Positions 1-10,005 are shown, counted from the first letter of the stretch. The stretch is DNA of 64,000 nucleotides from Bdellovibrionales bacterium (GCA_965261545.1 CBDHDF010000002.1:256001-320000), one strand, 5' to 3'. Numbers and translations are program-made. Notes: generated by a model not told the origin, from the sequence alone.

Positions 1-38
1 TGACCGGAACCATTGCTTTTGATAACGCAAAGGTTCAA

Positions 39-938
39 GTGACAAGAGCTGATACTTATGACCCCGATATTAACTCTGAGTTTCACCTCTTGTGTGATCA
101 CTACAATGTGGCTCCTTTGGCGATGAGGCCATCTCGCCCCAAAGACAAGAGTCTTATCGAAAATACCCTTGGAGTCTTTTGGCGCTGGTCTTGGCCCCAG
201 ATAAGAGAGCGGCAAATGTATTCTCTAGCAGACATCAACGCTGAGTTGAAGCATTTGGCAGCTATTTTCAATGATCGTATTCAAAAAAAGTATGGGTTGA
301 GTCGTCGACAGAAGTTTGAATCTTTTGAGAAGTCAAAATTGAATCCTCTTCCTGAAAGACGCTATGAGAGTGGATTCTGGAAGCATTCCAAGGTTCATCC
401 GGATTGTCACATTCAATATAACTACAATTTTTACTCTGTTCCTTATAAGCATCGCGGCAAGAAGTTAGATATTCGTATTAGCCAACAATGCTTGGAGGTT
501 TATTCAGAATTAGAGCGGGTGGCGATACATCACATCCCCCAGGGCAGTCGAGGGCGCTACTTTACGACAAAATCTCATCTCCCTAAGTCCCACCGGGCCA
601 TTTTAGAGCAAACGCCACAAAATGTACTTAAAGAGGCATCAAGCCTTGGAGAAAGCATTCACAAAGTTGCCGAGCGGCTTATCAAAGAGCCTCGCCATCC
701 GCTTATGTATCTTCGTCGTGTTCAGGGGATACTCAATCTAAGAAAACGGTATTCAACAGCTTCTTTGGAGCAGGCTTGCTCATTTTTTGTAGATGCAGCT
801 TTAAGTGACATTAGGGTTCGTGGAGTTGAGAAAGTTATTTCAGCAAAAAGTCATCGAAAAGAGGAGCCAAGAGTCTGCCGTCAACCTAATGAAAATTTAA
901 GAGGTTCAGAGCACTGGGAGAATGCTTGCCGCCACTAA
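39..938 (+). CDS. istA: IS21 transposase IstA, C-terminal part (5' end outside window)
   Basis: RPSRPKDKSLIEN catalytic-Glu motif and VHPDCHIQYNYNFYSVP C-terminal motif typical of IstA. Confidence 0.88.
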   Translation: MTRADTYDPDINSEFHLLCDHYNVAPLAMRPSRPKDKSLIENTLGVFWRWSWPQIRERQMYSLADINAELKHLAAIFNDRIQKKYGLSRRQKFESFEKSKLNPLPERRYESGFWKHSKVHPDCHIQYNYNFYSVPYKHRGKKLDIRISQQCLEVYSELERVAIHHIPQGSRGRYFTTKSHLPKSHRAILEQTPQNVLKEASSLGESIHKVAERLIKEPRHPLMYLRRVQGILNLRKRYSTASLEQACSFFVDAALSDIRVRGVEKVISAKSHRKEEPRVCRQPNENLRGSEHWENACRH

Positions 939-1019
939 TCACATAGCCCCGGTGGGTGGTTCTCAACCACCTAACGGGTCATTTTGACCTCCATAAGAGA
1001 GGTCGTATAGGAGAAGAAA

Positions 1020-1748
1020 ATGATTAAACAAACAGAAAATTTATTAGAGATATTAAAAATGAGGGGAGTTTTAGCAACCTTGAGCCAGAGGCTCAAAGAA
1101 GCTGAGGAGCAGGATCTTGGTTACGAGGACTTTCTAAATGTCATCTTTGAGGACGAAAAAATCCATCGTGAAAATCAGAAGGTCTCAAGACTTATCAAAA
1201 GAGCAGCTTTGCAGCAAAAAGCAAGCCTTGAGGCCTTTGAAACCAAATCCAACCGAGGAGTCGATCGAAGAGTTTTGAGTGATCTAGCCCTTATGAGATT
1301 TGCTCAAAGAGGTCAAAATATAATTATCTCTGGCCCAACGGGTGTTGGAAAGTCATATTTGGCTTGTGCCATAGGTAATCACGCCTGTCGCCAAGGTTTT
1401 TCCACTCAGTTCTTCAGAATGAATACTCTTGTTGAAAAATTCAACTTAGAAAGAGCCCAGGGGACATATCTAAACTTCCTTAAAAGGCTAAAATCAGTCT
1501 CGATACTTGTGTTGGATGATTTTGGTATCAAGCCCCTTACCTCTAACCAATATCAAGACCTTTACGATGTGATTGATGAACGAGGCCCTGACCTGAGCCT
1601 CATTCTTACAACCCAACTTCCAATAAAAAATTGGAGTGAAGTCATTGAGGATCCCATCGTTTGTGAAGCTATTATGGATCGCATAACCTCTCAAGCTATC
1701 AAAATAGCCATGTCTGGAAGCTCATTTAGGCAGAGAAAGACGATTTAA
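1020..1748 (+). CDS. istB: IS21 helper AAA+ ATPase IstB
   Basis: Walker A GPTGVGKS, Walker B LVLDDFG, TTQLPIKNW, AIMDRI. Confidence 0.92.
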   Translation: MIKQTENLLEILKMRGVLATLSQRLKEAEEQDLGYEDFLNVIFEDEKIHRENQKVSRLIKRAALQQKASLEAFETKSNRGVDRRVLSDLALMRFAQRGQNIIISGPTGVGKSYLACAIGNHACRQGFSTQFFRMNTLVEKFNLERAQGTYLNFLKRLKSVSILVLDDFGIKPLTSNQYQDLYDVIDERGPDLSLILTTQLPIKNWSEVIEDPIVCEAIMDRITSQAIKIAMSGSSFRQRKTI

Positions 1749-2229
1749 GGAGAATCCATGCAAAGGCAGACCTTGGAAGACACCATCGGGAGACACTCCA
1801 TCGGAACTATTGAATCATGTACCCGCCAGTTATCCACAAAATTTACCCACGGCAGCGCTGCGTTGATAGACATCGGGGTCACAGACGCAGCGTCACCATG
1901 GATAAATTTGTGGATAACTGGCTCGCTATTCTCTGCCATTTTGAGCAATGGATTCAACATCCCCATTGAAAAACCCTCCATTGAAACCTCAGAAATGGGG
2001 AGGGTCGAGATTCTCAATGACAAAGTGGCCAATTTTAGTTGGCATCTAACATTCTGGCAAATAAGCCTTAACCCACCGTTGGGACATCGTGACATTGAGG
2101 GTGTAAAAGTTACTGAGTCAGCAGAAAAAAGAAGGTTTAAATTGACAAAGTTTGAGCCACCGTGAAATTCAAAATTGGACCTCAAATTGACTGACTGAGG
2201 GGTGGGTCAAACTTCGTGAAATTCAGCAA

Positions 2230-2451
2230 GATGACTTCCAGGAAATCATTCTGGACCGATACTCAGCGAGAAAAAGCACTCTTATTACCTCCAATCGTAT
2301 CATTGAAGATTGGGGAAAGTGTTTGGGCGATAATACCGTGGCCTCTGCCATCCTGGATCGCCTTCTCCACTGCAGCCAACTATTAAAATTTGAGGGAAAA
2401 AGCTACCGATTGAAGGAAGCTTCAAACCGACTTGTTAAGATAAAAAATTAA
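2230..2451 (+). pseudogene. istB: C-terminal fragment of a second, different IstB, interrupted by the first IS21
   Basis: Manual translation DDFQEIILDRYSARKSTLITSNRIIEDWGKCLGDNTVASAILDRLLHCSQLLKFEGKSYRLKE; IS21-like end sequence tggatggttttgatccgcccctcgg near 2488-2512. Confidence 0.8.
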
Positions 2452-2533
2452 AGGTAGGGTGAGCCCATCTTGTCAGATCGCCCTAAATGGATGGTTTTGA
2501 TCCGCCCCTCGGGATCTATGGAAAGAAAATTTT

Positions 2534-3511
2534 TTACTTTTTTGGGAGAGCCTTGATTTCGTCTTCAGAAAGCCCTGTTGCTTCGGCTATCTCCAAAGCT
2601 TCCTGTCCTTTTAAAATCATCTTTAAAGCAATGGCCTCTCTCTCTTTCCTTCGCCCTTTTTCAAGCCCTTCTTCACGCCCTCTTTCAAGCCCTTCTTCAC
2701 GCCCTTTTTCACGCCCTCTTTCAAGCCCTTTTTCAAGCCCCTCTTCATGGGCTGTGTCGATCTGTGACAAACGATCTCGACGCTGCTTATCTTCAGCTTC
2801 AAGTCGCTCTCGCATAAGTTCGTCTTGAGACAAGTTCCACAAATTTTTGACGGCTCTTCCCATGTCCCTTCCTTTTTTGGCTAGCTCTTGGCTGGTTTGT
2901 TGATTCAGCTCATCCGATCTCTTTAAGAAATAGCACCACGCTTCACGCTGGTCAACAAGGCTGTCTAATCTGCCAATGAACTTGTTCAATTCTACAATGA
3001 CAAATTGCATACCATCGGTGAGTCTCAAATGAGGGTGTCTATCCTGCCTCATGCTGCATGTGTGGTAATAATCGTTGTCCTTGCGTAGCTCAGGAAGGTC
3101 CACAGTACTGAAAACAAGGGAGTAAACAGTTCTTAATTTCTCGTATTTTTCTCCTTCTTTCACTTGATTGGAGTAGACCCGTCCCGCATAGGCAAGAAGG
3201 CGATTTGTAAGGTCTCTTTGGGAGACGGTTTGCATTTCCACGTTCACAGTTTCATCTTCGACCCATTCCCCACTGGATAATTGTCGAGAGATACGAAGCT
3301 TCATATCCAAGATGAAGGTTTTTCCCGAAGGCTTGCTCGCCTCTGAAGAGTTTTCTTCGGCATCTAACAACTGAACATGTTCCACCCGACAACCGGGTGG
3401 CAAAGGAAGAAAATCTTGCAACAAAGGCTTGAGCAAGTCCTGGTCGTGCTTAAAAAATGCTTTAAAAGTGTTATCAAGGGTTAAGCAAAGGGGAGGGAGG
3501 AATTTTTTCAT
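2534..3511 (-). CDS. Rpn-family PD-(D/E)XK nuclease (type A) with C-terminal 4-aa G(L/R)E(E/K/R) repeats
   Basis: LDNTFKAFF...ILDMKL...NVEMQ...RLLAYAGRVYSNQ; 12-bp repeats at ~2650-2745; EIAEATGLSEDEI tail. Confidence 0.88.
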   Translation of the reverse strand: MKKFLPPLCLTLDNTFKAFFKHDQDLLKPLLQDFLPLPPGCRVEHVQLLDAEENSSEASKPSGKTFILDMKLRISRQLSSGEWVEDETVNVEMQTVSQRDLTNRLLAYAGRVYSNQVKEGEKYEKLRTVYSLVFSTVDLPELRKDNDYYHTCSMRQDRHPHLRLTDGMQFVIVELNKFIGRLDSLVDQREAWCYFLKRSDELNQQTSQELAKKGRDMGRAVKNLWNLSQDELMRERLEAEDKQRRDRLSQIDTAHEEGLEKGLERGREKGREEGLERGREEGLEKGRRKEREAIALKMILKGQEALEIAEATGLSEDEIKALPKK

Positions 3512-3790
3512 AAGTAAAAATTATGCATCTTGCTTTGGAGTAAAGTCAATGGCTGTTTTCATTTACAGTTGTAGCCTACAACTCTCTCCCCGTACTTTTT
3601 AAACGACTTTTCTGATCTCCGGGCATACGATATAGGCCATATGATTTCATTGGTTTTGTCTTTGGCATCTCATTTTCTCTACGAAGATGAACCGCAGCCC
3701 GAGGGGCAGACCCGGAGGGCCGCAGAGAGAACTCTCCTCGGTATATCTCGTGGAGCATCTTGCATACTTTGTTGATTTTTTTGAAAAAAC

Positions 3791-5330
3791 GTAACTGCTC
3801 GCACCCCTTCTACACCAGACTTTTAGCCTAAAGACCATTTTTATACTAAAGTATTGATTCTCAAGCCTCCCCATTTAATAATTCTTTCGTGAATACAAGA
3901 AAACAATCCTTACGAAGCGAAATTGAAAACCTCCAGAAGGAATCTAAGAAGATTCTTTCTGACAAGAGTATCCCACGAGAGACTAAACTATTTATTCAGT
4001 CCATGCTGACCATTCTCACAGTTGTAGTGACTTTATTTTTGGAAAAAAAGACTCGTAAAAACTCCAGCAATAGTGGGCTGCCCCCTTCTCAGAACTCTGG
4101 TAGCAATGGGAACCGTAATAAGGAAGGGGCTGAGGAAGACAGCAAGAAAGGATCAAGGCTCGATAACAGTAAGGACACAGAGAGCAAGGAAACAGTGTCT
4201 CCTCAAATTGCTCTAAATGTGGGGCCGATTTGAAGGAAACTGAGATGAAAGGCTCCGAAGAGCGTAAAAAAATTGATATTCTCTATGAGATAAACACCCA
4301 CACTGTCACCTCTGAAATCAAAGAGTGCCATGAATGTGGTACAGAAAACAAAGGCCCATTCCCAGAGGGCATAGATGGACCGATCCAATATGGTATTGGC
4401 ATTAGGGCCTCAATTATTAATTTTATTGTCATTCAAATGATGTCTCTCCAGCGTGTTGGTGAACACTACAAGGGTCTCGTTGGCCGCTTTATCTCACCCT
4501 CAACCATGTTGAAGTATATTTCTCAACTGAGCGAATCTCTTCAAGAGTGGGAACAATGGGCAAAACAACAAATCCTTGAGTCTGTGGTCATTCATGTTGA
4601 CGAAACCTCCATGAGAGTCAATAAGAAGAACTACTGGATTCATACTTATAGCTGTGGTGATCTTACATTGCAGTTCATCCATCCTTCCCGTGGAAAAGAT
4701 GCCATCAAAGATATTGGCATATTGGACAGGTATGGAGGTATCTTGGTACATGACTGTTGGAGTCCCTATTTTTCTTATACAGATATGCTTCATGCTCTGT
4801 GTGTTGCCCATCTTCTTAGGGAATTGAAATTTGTGGAGGATAGCTCTGGTTCGAAATGGGCCACCAATCTGAAAAAACTTCTTCAGGAAGCTGTTGAATT
4901 GGTCCAAAAAAGAAAATCTAAGATATTGACTCGAAAGGAGTATCAAACTCTTCAGAGGAGGTATAGAAATATTCTCACAAGGGCTTTAAAGGAGCTTCCT
5001 CCCTTTCCAGAGAAGAATGGTAAAAAAGGACGAGTGAAACATACAGATGCTCAAAATCTTTGGCTCCGCTTTAAAAAATATGAAGCAGAAATCCTTCTCT
5101 TTGCCAAAGTGAAAGAGGTGGACCCAACCAACAACAGAGCCGAGCGAGACTTGAGAATGAATAAGGTGAAAAAGAAAGTATCAGGTTGCTTCAGGACAGC
5201 AAAAATGGCAAAGCACTTTTGTCGGATTACCAGTTATGTCAAGACTATGAGAAACAAGGGGTTCTCTTCCTTAGAGGCCATCAATATGGCTCTCAAGGGA
5301 GAAATTCCTATGTAAGGTGCGAGCAGTTAC
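3791..5330 (+). mobile_element. IS66-family element, ISBst12-like (no accessory genes)
   Basis: Perfect 15-bp terminal IR gtaactgctcgcacc / ggtgcgagcagttac; flanks (gaaaaaac vs gaaaaatg) do not form an exact TSD. Confidence 0.88.
3889..5315 (+). pseudogene. IS66 transposase split into two overlapping frames (3889-4233, 4230-5315)
   Basis: KNSSNSGLPPSQ N-terminal motif; HVDET, LVHDCW, LCVAHLLREL, TNNRAERDLR; frame break near 4200-4230. Confidence 0.85.
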
Positions 5331-5559
5331 GAAAAATGAGCTATACAAAAAAATGACAAAAGCCGAACTTTATAAGATATTAGACCGTCTCAAGTTGTAT
5401 GAGCTAGCCACAGGCACTCCCATACTTGGTGAAGTGTCAAAAAAGCAAAAAGATATTTTTAAGGCGTTCAATGTAAGTACAAATATTAATCCCAGCCGTC
5501 GCTTCACAATGTCAGGACCTTAGGCCAGAATCCTTGTTACCATTTTTGTAGAATTCAGG
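5331..5559 (+). pseudogene. IS1634-like transposase C-terminus and right end (gaattcagg)
   Basis: ELYKILDRLKLYELATG is paralogous to the C-terminus of 5589-6368; gaattcagg terminus matches the IS1634-like end at 41151-41159. Confidence 0.65.
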
Positions 5560-6595
5560 ATGATAAAGGACTATCTTATATTATCCCTATGAGCTTTGTG
5601 TCAAATCTTTCCAAAGAACTTGTAAATTCCTTATCTTCTAACCTTTCGTCTTCGGCTTCAGCATTTGGTTTCCAAGGAGATACCTATTGGTATTGTCAGA
5701 AAGAGATAAAAATAGGGAAGGTAGATTGTGTAGCCCACCTATATTTGGACAAGAAAAAAAGAACTCAACAAGAGTCTAAATTTCTTGCAAAGATATATGA
5801 ATTTGAAAATATTTTCTATCAGAAGACGTTTCAAGATGAATCTTCTTGTCGCACCTATATAAATGATACTTTCGGAGTTCAAAAGAAATTTTTTAAGATT
5901 AAAAAGGAGAATGAATATTTTGTTTTAGAAAGAAATGTGGATGATCTTGAGGTAGAAATCAATCGCATGGGGTGCGTCATCCTTCTAACAGATTCTAAGA
6001 TAAATATCTCTAGGGATGAGGTACTATCTTTGTATAGAAACAAAGATAGTATAGAAAAAATATTCTTCTCTTTAAAGCATAATCTTAATGAAAAAAGAAA
6101 TAGAATGCATTCTCTTCAAAATATGAAAGGAAGTCTTTTTATTAACTTTATAGCCTTGATTCTAATTTCATGGATCGATCATGTAATGAAAGAAAAGGAA
6201 CTTTATAAAGATTTTTCAAAAGATGAAGTCTATAAAATATTAGATCGCTTGAAATTTTATAAGTTAGCAACAGGTAAGGTCGTTTTGGGAGAAATATCAG
6301 GGAAGCAGAAGACTATTTACTCAGCCTTTAACATAGGAACTCATGTGGATCACAGGTTTGAAATATAGTGTATTCGTTGCTTTAGAGCCTGTCGAGCCTG
6401 TCCTCATAATGAAATTGTACTTCAGTTTCCATACCTTAATCCAGTCGAAAAGAAACAAAGGAGGCAAAGATTTATTTATTTTGAGTATACAAAAAAATAA
6501 TGGCCACTATTCTTCTCATTGAAGGAAGGTCTTAGGTCTTGGTTTATGCAAGCCTTTGGTCCTGAAACCTAGTCATAACTGAAGGGGATTTCAGG
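5560..6595 (+). pseudogene. IS1634-like transposase, 3' half (ORF 5589-6368), and right end
   Basis: LYRNKDSIEKIFFSLK (YxxKxxIExxF) and GSLFINFIALIL; terminus gatttcagg at 6587-6595. Confidence 0.75.
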
Positions 6596-7415
6596 TATTT
6601 CTCCATTATGTCTTAGATGAATGGTTTGAGAAGGATGTCAAACCACGACTCAAAGGATACGGGTTTATGGCTCGATACTGCGATGACTTCGTGATGGGAT
6701 TCCAGAGGGAAGAGGACGCACGGCGAATCTACGAGGTGTTGCCAAAAAGACTTACTCGATTTGGCTTAACAATGCATCCCGAGAAGTCTCGGATTGTAGA
6801 TTTCCGCCCTCCTCCGTACCGCATTTCCCGCACGAACCTCAAGGAATACGAGAGGGATGTGAGAAAAATCCAGTCGTTTGACTTCTTAGGTTTCAGTCAT
6901 ACATGGCGGAGATCACAGAAAGGAAACTGGGTTGTTTTTCGAGGCACGATGAAAAGTCGTTTGGACAGGGGGCTAGCATCCGTTAGCCTCTGGTGTAAAC
7001 GACATCGTCACGCTCCCATCAAGCATCAAGCCAACCGTTTGCAGCAATTTCTCTACGGTCACTACGCCTATTATGGTGTCTCCGGAAACTACCGAAATAT
7101 AAAGCGGTTCTACCGAGTGGTCATCAGAATATGGAAAAAGTGGCTTATGAGGAGGACGCAAAGGCACCGGATCAACTGGGAGGCTTACAACCGATTGTTG
7201 AAGCGTTTCCCGTTACCCATACCAAGGCTTAGGCGCCCCTACCAGCAATTCCAATGGAATGTCTAATAAGGAATGCTAGAAGACTCCCACGCGAGTGCGA
7301 GTTGGTGTACCTATCCCAACAAGCAGTGAACCTATAATCAGAGGAGCCTAATGCGTGAGTTGCGCACGTTGGGTTCTGGGAGGGGGAAGGGGGGAAACCT
7401 CCTTCCCTACTCGAC
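6596..7415 (+). mobile_element. Group II intron, 3' part (RT end, domain X, DV, DVI)
   Basis: DV/DVI sequence gaggagcctaatgcgtgagttgcgcacgttgggttctgggagggg...cctactcgac at 7341-7415; 5' part removed at an IS end. Confidence 0.92.
6598..7266 (+). pseudogene. Group II intron reverse transcriptase/maturase, C-terminal fragment
   Basis: FLHYVLDEWF...RYCDDFV, GLTMHPEKSRI, FDFLGF, GHYAYYG maturase motif. Confidence 0.9.
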
Positions 7416-7543
7416 AGGCAAGGAACTGGCGAAGAGCGTCAAGACCCAAAAGAATATTTAATAAAAATTGTAATTGATTTTCCTTTTTTTTTAATTATAC
7501 TTCTCTCTTAATAATAACTAGACTAAATATTTGGGAGGATTAC

Positions 7544-8233
7544 ATGAAAAAAATTATATTAGTATTTTTATTGGTCATAGGCTCATTAATAACAACACAA
7601 GCTCAGGATTATGGTGTTCGAATGCCGACTGTTGCATTTCTCACCACTGGACATGGCGTATCGAATGATGGAATTCCCCCTCAACCCTATGAAACATTTG
7701 CTTACGATTCAGCTTTACATATGGCAGCTATCGAAGATTTTAATGTTGTACCTTATACCTCTGTTTTACCTAAAGGTTTGAAGTATATTCTATGGGCGGA
7801 GGAAGCGAAAATTGATCCAACAAAAAAAGATATATACCACGGTGCTGTTTTAGAAGTCATTATGGCCGGCGGAGGGGCTGAATACGGTGTGACTTTGGCT
7901 TCAAGTGGAAATCCGGCTCAGGCCATTGGTACTGGATTGGGGTTTACTAAGAAGGCGAAAAGGGTTGATGGAACTATTGTCGGTGGTTATGCTGTAGAAT
8001 ATGTAGAACTTTATGATCATCATGTGACGTCTGACGAAGTTGCTGCCGCAGGTAAAGCGCAGTTAAGCAAAGCTTTGGATCATGAGTTATCTATTCGTGG
8101 TTTGACTAGAGATCAACCACACACATACCTTTTTGATTATGTAAATTTGGATGGTGAGAGTGCGGGTTCTAAGCATGGTTACTCTTTGACTGCGCTGGGT
8201 TTCTTGCAATTTACAAATGCGCCTCTTCCATGA
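7544..8233 (+). CDS. aaxB: Pyruvoyl-dependent arginine decarboxylase (Chlamydia AaxB-like) with N-terminal signal peptide
   Basis: DGIPPQPYETFAYDSAL, FNVVPYT-SVLP self-cleavage motif, HGAVLEVIMAG, HELSIRGL; RBS ggagga; hydrophobic leader MKKIILVFLLVIGSLITTQA. Confidence 0.85.
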   Translation: MKKIILVFLLVIGSLITTQAQDYGVRMPTVAFLTTGHGVSNDGIPPQPYETFAYDSALHMAAIEDFNVVPYTSVLPKGLKYILWAEEAKIDPTKKDIYHGAVLEVIMAGGGAEYGVTLASSGNPAQAIGTGLGFTKKAKRVDGTIVGGYAVEYVELYDHHVTSDEVAAAGKAQLSKALDHELSIRGLTRDQPHTYLFDYVNLDGESAGSKHGYSLTALGFLQFTNAPLP

Positions 8234-8745
8234 AGTGGATTCTCTTGTAAAAAAAAGGGTGTAGTCATTTCTCATCAACTGATTCACTCTGTCTTCATCC
8301 TCATTTATGCTCATTTGAATCTTTGTATAACTGAAGAGCCAAAAAAATAAGGCTTTAAGTAGGGGGAATTTTTTTAAACGCCCACCCATGGCCTTCAAAG
8401 GCAAGCTCCACTGTTTGAGTGAGCTTAGGAAGGAGACTTAGAAGATGAATGTCATTTTGTTGAAATTTTTAACTTGAGGTACTAAAAAGTACCCGTCAGT
8501 AGTGTCTAGAAGTTTAACAATATTTTTCTGATACGATAGGAAAATGGGAATATGAGGGATTGTAAATGAGATATATTAAGCCACCAACTTATACCCATTC
8601 TACGCAATAAGCAAATGAAGGTGCATTTGCAGCCGCTCATGAGTATGCTCGAAGGTTTGCATCTCGTCAATTTGAACTATGTATGAATATTGTTCTCTTA
8701 ATCTTTAATTCTTGTTTTTGGCTTTGCCAAGTTAGAAGGGCTACA

Positions 8746-10005
8746 TTGAAAATTTTGAAACTTTTGAAATTCTTAATTTTCTTTTTTGGGGCACACAACC
8801 TCTCCGCCCAGACGGCAACTCAAACTGTATCCTCTGTTTATGGCCACGGTCTTCATCCTCTTGTAGAAATCTCTGATCAGGGTCAGACTCTTAATATTTT
8901 TGTTCCTGGAGGCGAAATTTTAGCTCAAATGGTGAGTAATGAAATTCACTACTTACTTGCAGACCATAGGCGTTCCACTAGGGTTGTTCTCAAAGAAGAC
9001 AGTAGCCTCTTGGGAAATTTTGACTATACTCCCTATGGAGAAACAAGTTCCACGGGTGATGTCGAGTTGGTGCTTTATCGCTACGCTGGTCAACCTATGG
9101 ACTCCAAACTCAATAATTACCACTTTTCCTATAGAGAATATGCCCCAAGTGTTCTCCGGTTCACAAGCATCGACCCAGCCAGGTACAATGAATCTCCTTA
9201 TATTTACAGCAACAGCAATCCCACCAATTTTATAGACCTTACAGGAGGGCATCCTGTAAACCTTTGGTTGAGTCAAAAGTCGAGCGATCTCGACTATAAT
9301 CACCTCATGGGCTTGGTGGAGGACCATAATAATTTACATGTTATGAAAAAAACTACCATATTTGGTGAACTTGAATTACATTCTCAATTCAGTCAGCCTA
9401 GGGGGCTCTTATTTGATAAAACATTTTCTTTAGAATCAGTTATAGTCAGGGCTCATGGAAGCCCAGGGATGATAGGGCTCGACTCTCGTCCAGGAAAAGG
9501 TCTGAGTCCAGAGGACTTTGTTGGTCACTTAATTCGTCGTATAGGTGAAATAGATCCACTGGGAGTGGAGCAGGTAAAGAACATTACTTTTTTTGCATGT
9601 CGTATAGGTTGTGCGGAGAATAACCAGCCCTCTTTTGCCAGCCGATTTTTGGGCGAGATATCAAGAAGAACAAGTATAGGCGAACCTTCTTTCTTAGCAT
9701 TGGAGCATGTTACAAGTTCTCCTTATCAGGTAGCCTTAAACAGCCTTCTATCAACCTGGCACAACATGTTTATTCGTTTCACTACGGAGCGAAAATGGAA
9801 CCCAAGTAGTGCAAATTATACTGAAGAGACAGCGCTGGGTACGATGAGTACAACTTCATTTTTAAGAGGGGAAGGAGCTCGTGCAATGAGGGAAACCCAT
9901 TGGCAAAGGAATCATTATAGTACACAAGAGTCCGAGGAGCCGACCGATAGGGAAGAAATAAACGATTCTAATCCCCCTTTGCTAGTAGAAGATGAACTTT
10001 TATAA
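8746..10005 (+). CDS. Secreted mini-Rhs protein 1 (signal peptide, Rhs core, His/Cys protease-like domain)
   Basis: YLLADHRRSTR, FDYTPYGE, RFTSIDP...PYIYSNSNPTNFIDLTG; VRAHGSPG...TFFAC; TTG start at 8746 inferred from paralog 3 (ORF track starts at 8683). Confidence 0.8.
   Translation: MKILKLLKFLIFFFGAHNLSAQTATQTVSSVYGHGLHPLVEISDQGQTLNIFVPGGEILAQMVSNEIHYLLADHRRSTRVVLKEDSSLLGNFDYTPYGETSSTGDVELVLYRYAGQPMDSKLNNYHFSYREYAPSVLRFTSIDPARYNESPYIYSNSNPTNFIDLTGGHPVNLWLSQKSSDLDYNHLMGLVEDHNNLHVMKKTTIFGELELHSQFSQPRGLLFDKTFSLESVIVRAHGSPGMIGLDSRPGKGLSPEDFVGHLIRRIGEIDPLGVEQVKNITFFACRIGCAENNQPSFASRFLGEISRRTSIGEPSFLALEHVTSSPYQVALNSLLSTWHNMFIRFTTERKWNPSSANYTEETALGTMSTTSFLRGEGARAMRETHWQRNHYSTQESEEPTDREEINDSNPPLLVEDELL

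Larger units (their letters stand above)
1..2228 (+). mobile_element. IS21-family element (left end outside window)
   Basis: istA/istB pair; right end has repeated cgtgaaattca motifs (2161, 2215) and terminates in CA at 2228; a different istB fragment follows directly. Confidence 0.85.

Noticed and set aside
1830..1917. DnaA boxes as a replication origin
   Set aside because: Only two perfect boxes, located inside an IS, with no dnaA/rep gene or evident unwinding element
1745..2185. ORFs 1745-2185(-) and 1758-2165(+) as IS21 passenger genes
   Set aside because: No recognisable motifs; they overlap palindromic sequence and the terminal repeats
6598..7266. RT as a retron, DGR or defence RT
   Set aside because: It has a domain X motif and is followed by canonical group II DV/DVI, so it is a truncated intron
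8487..8530. ~45-bp sequence similar to 34664-34708
   Set aside because: Probably a degenerate IS-end relic; no partner IR, TSD or function can be supported
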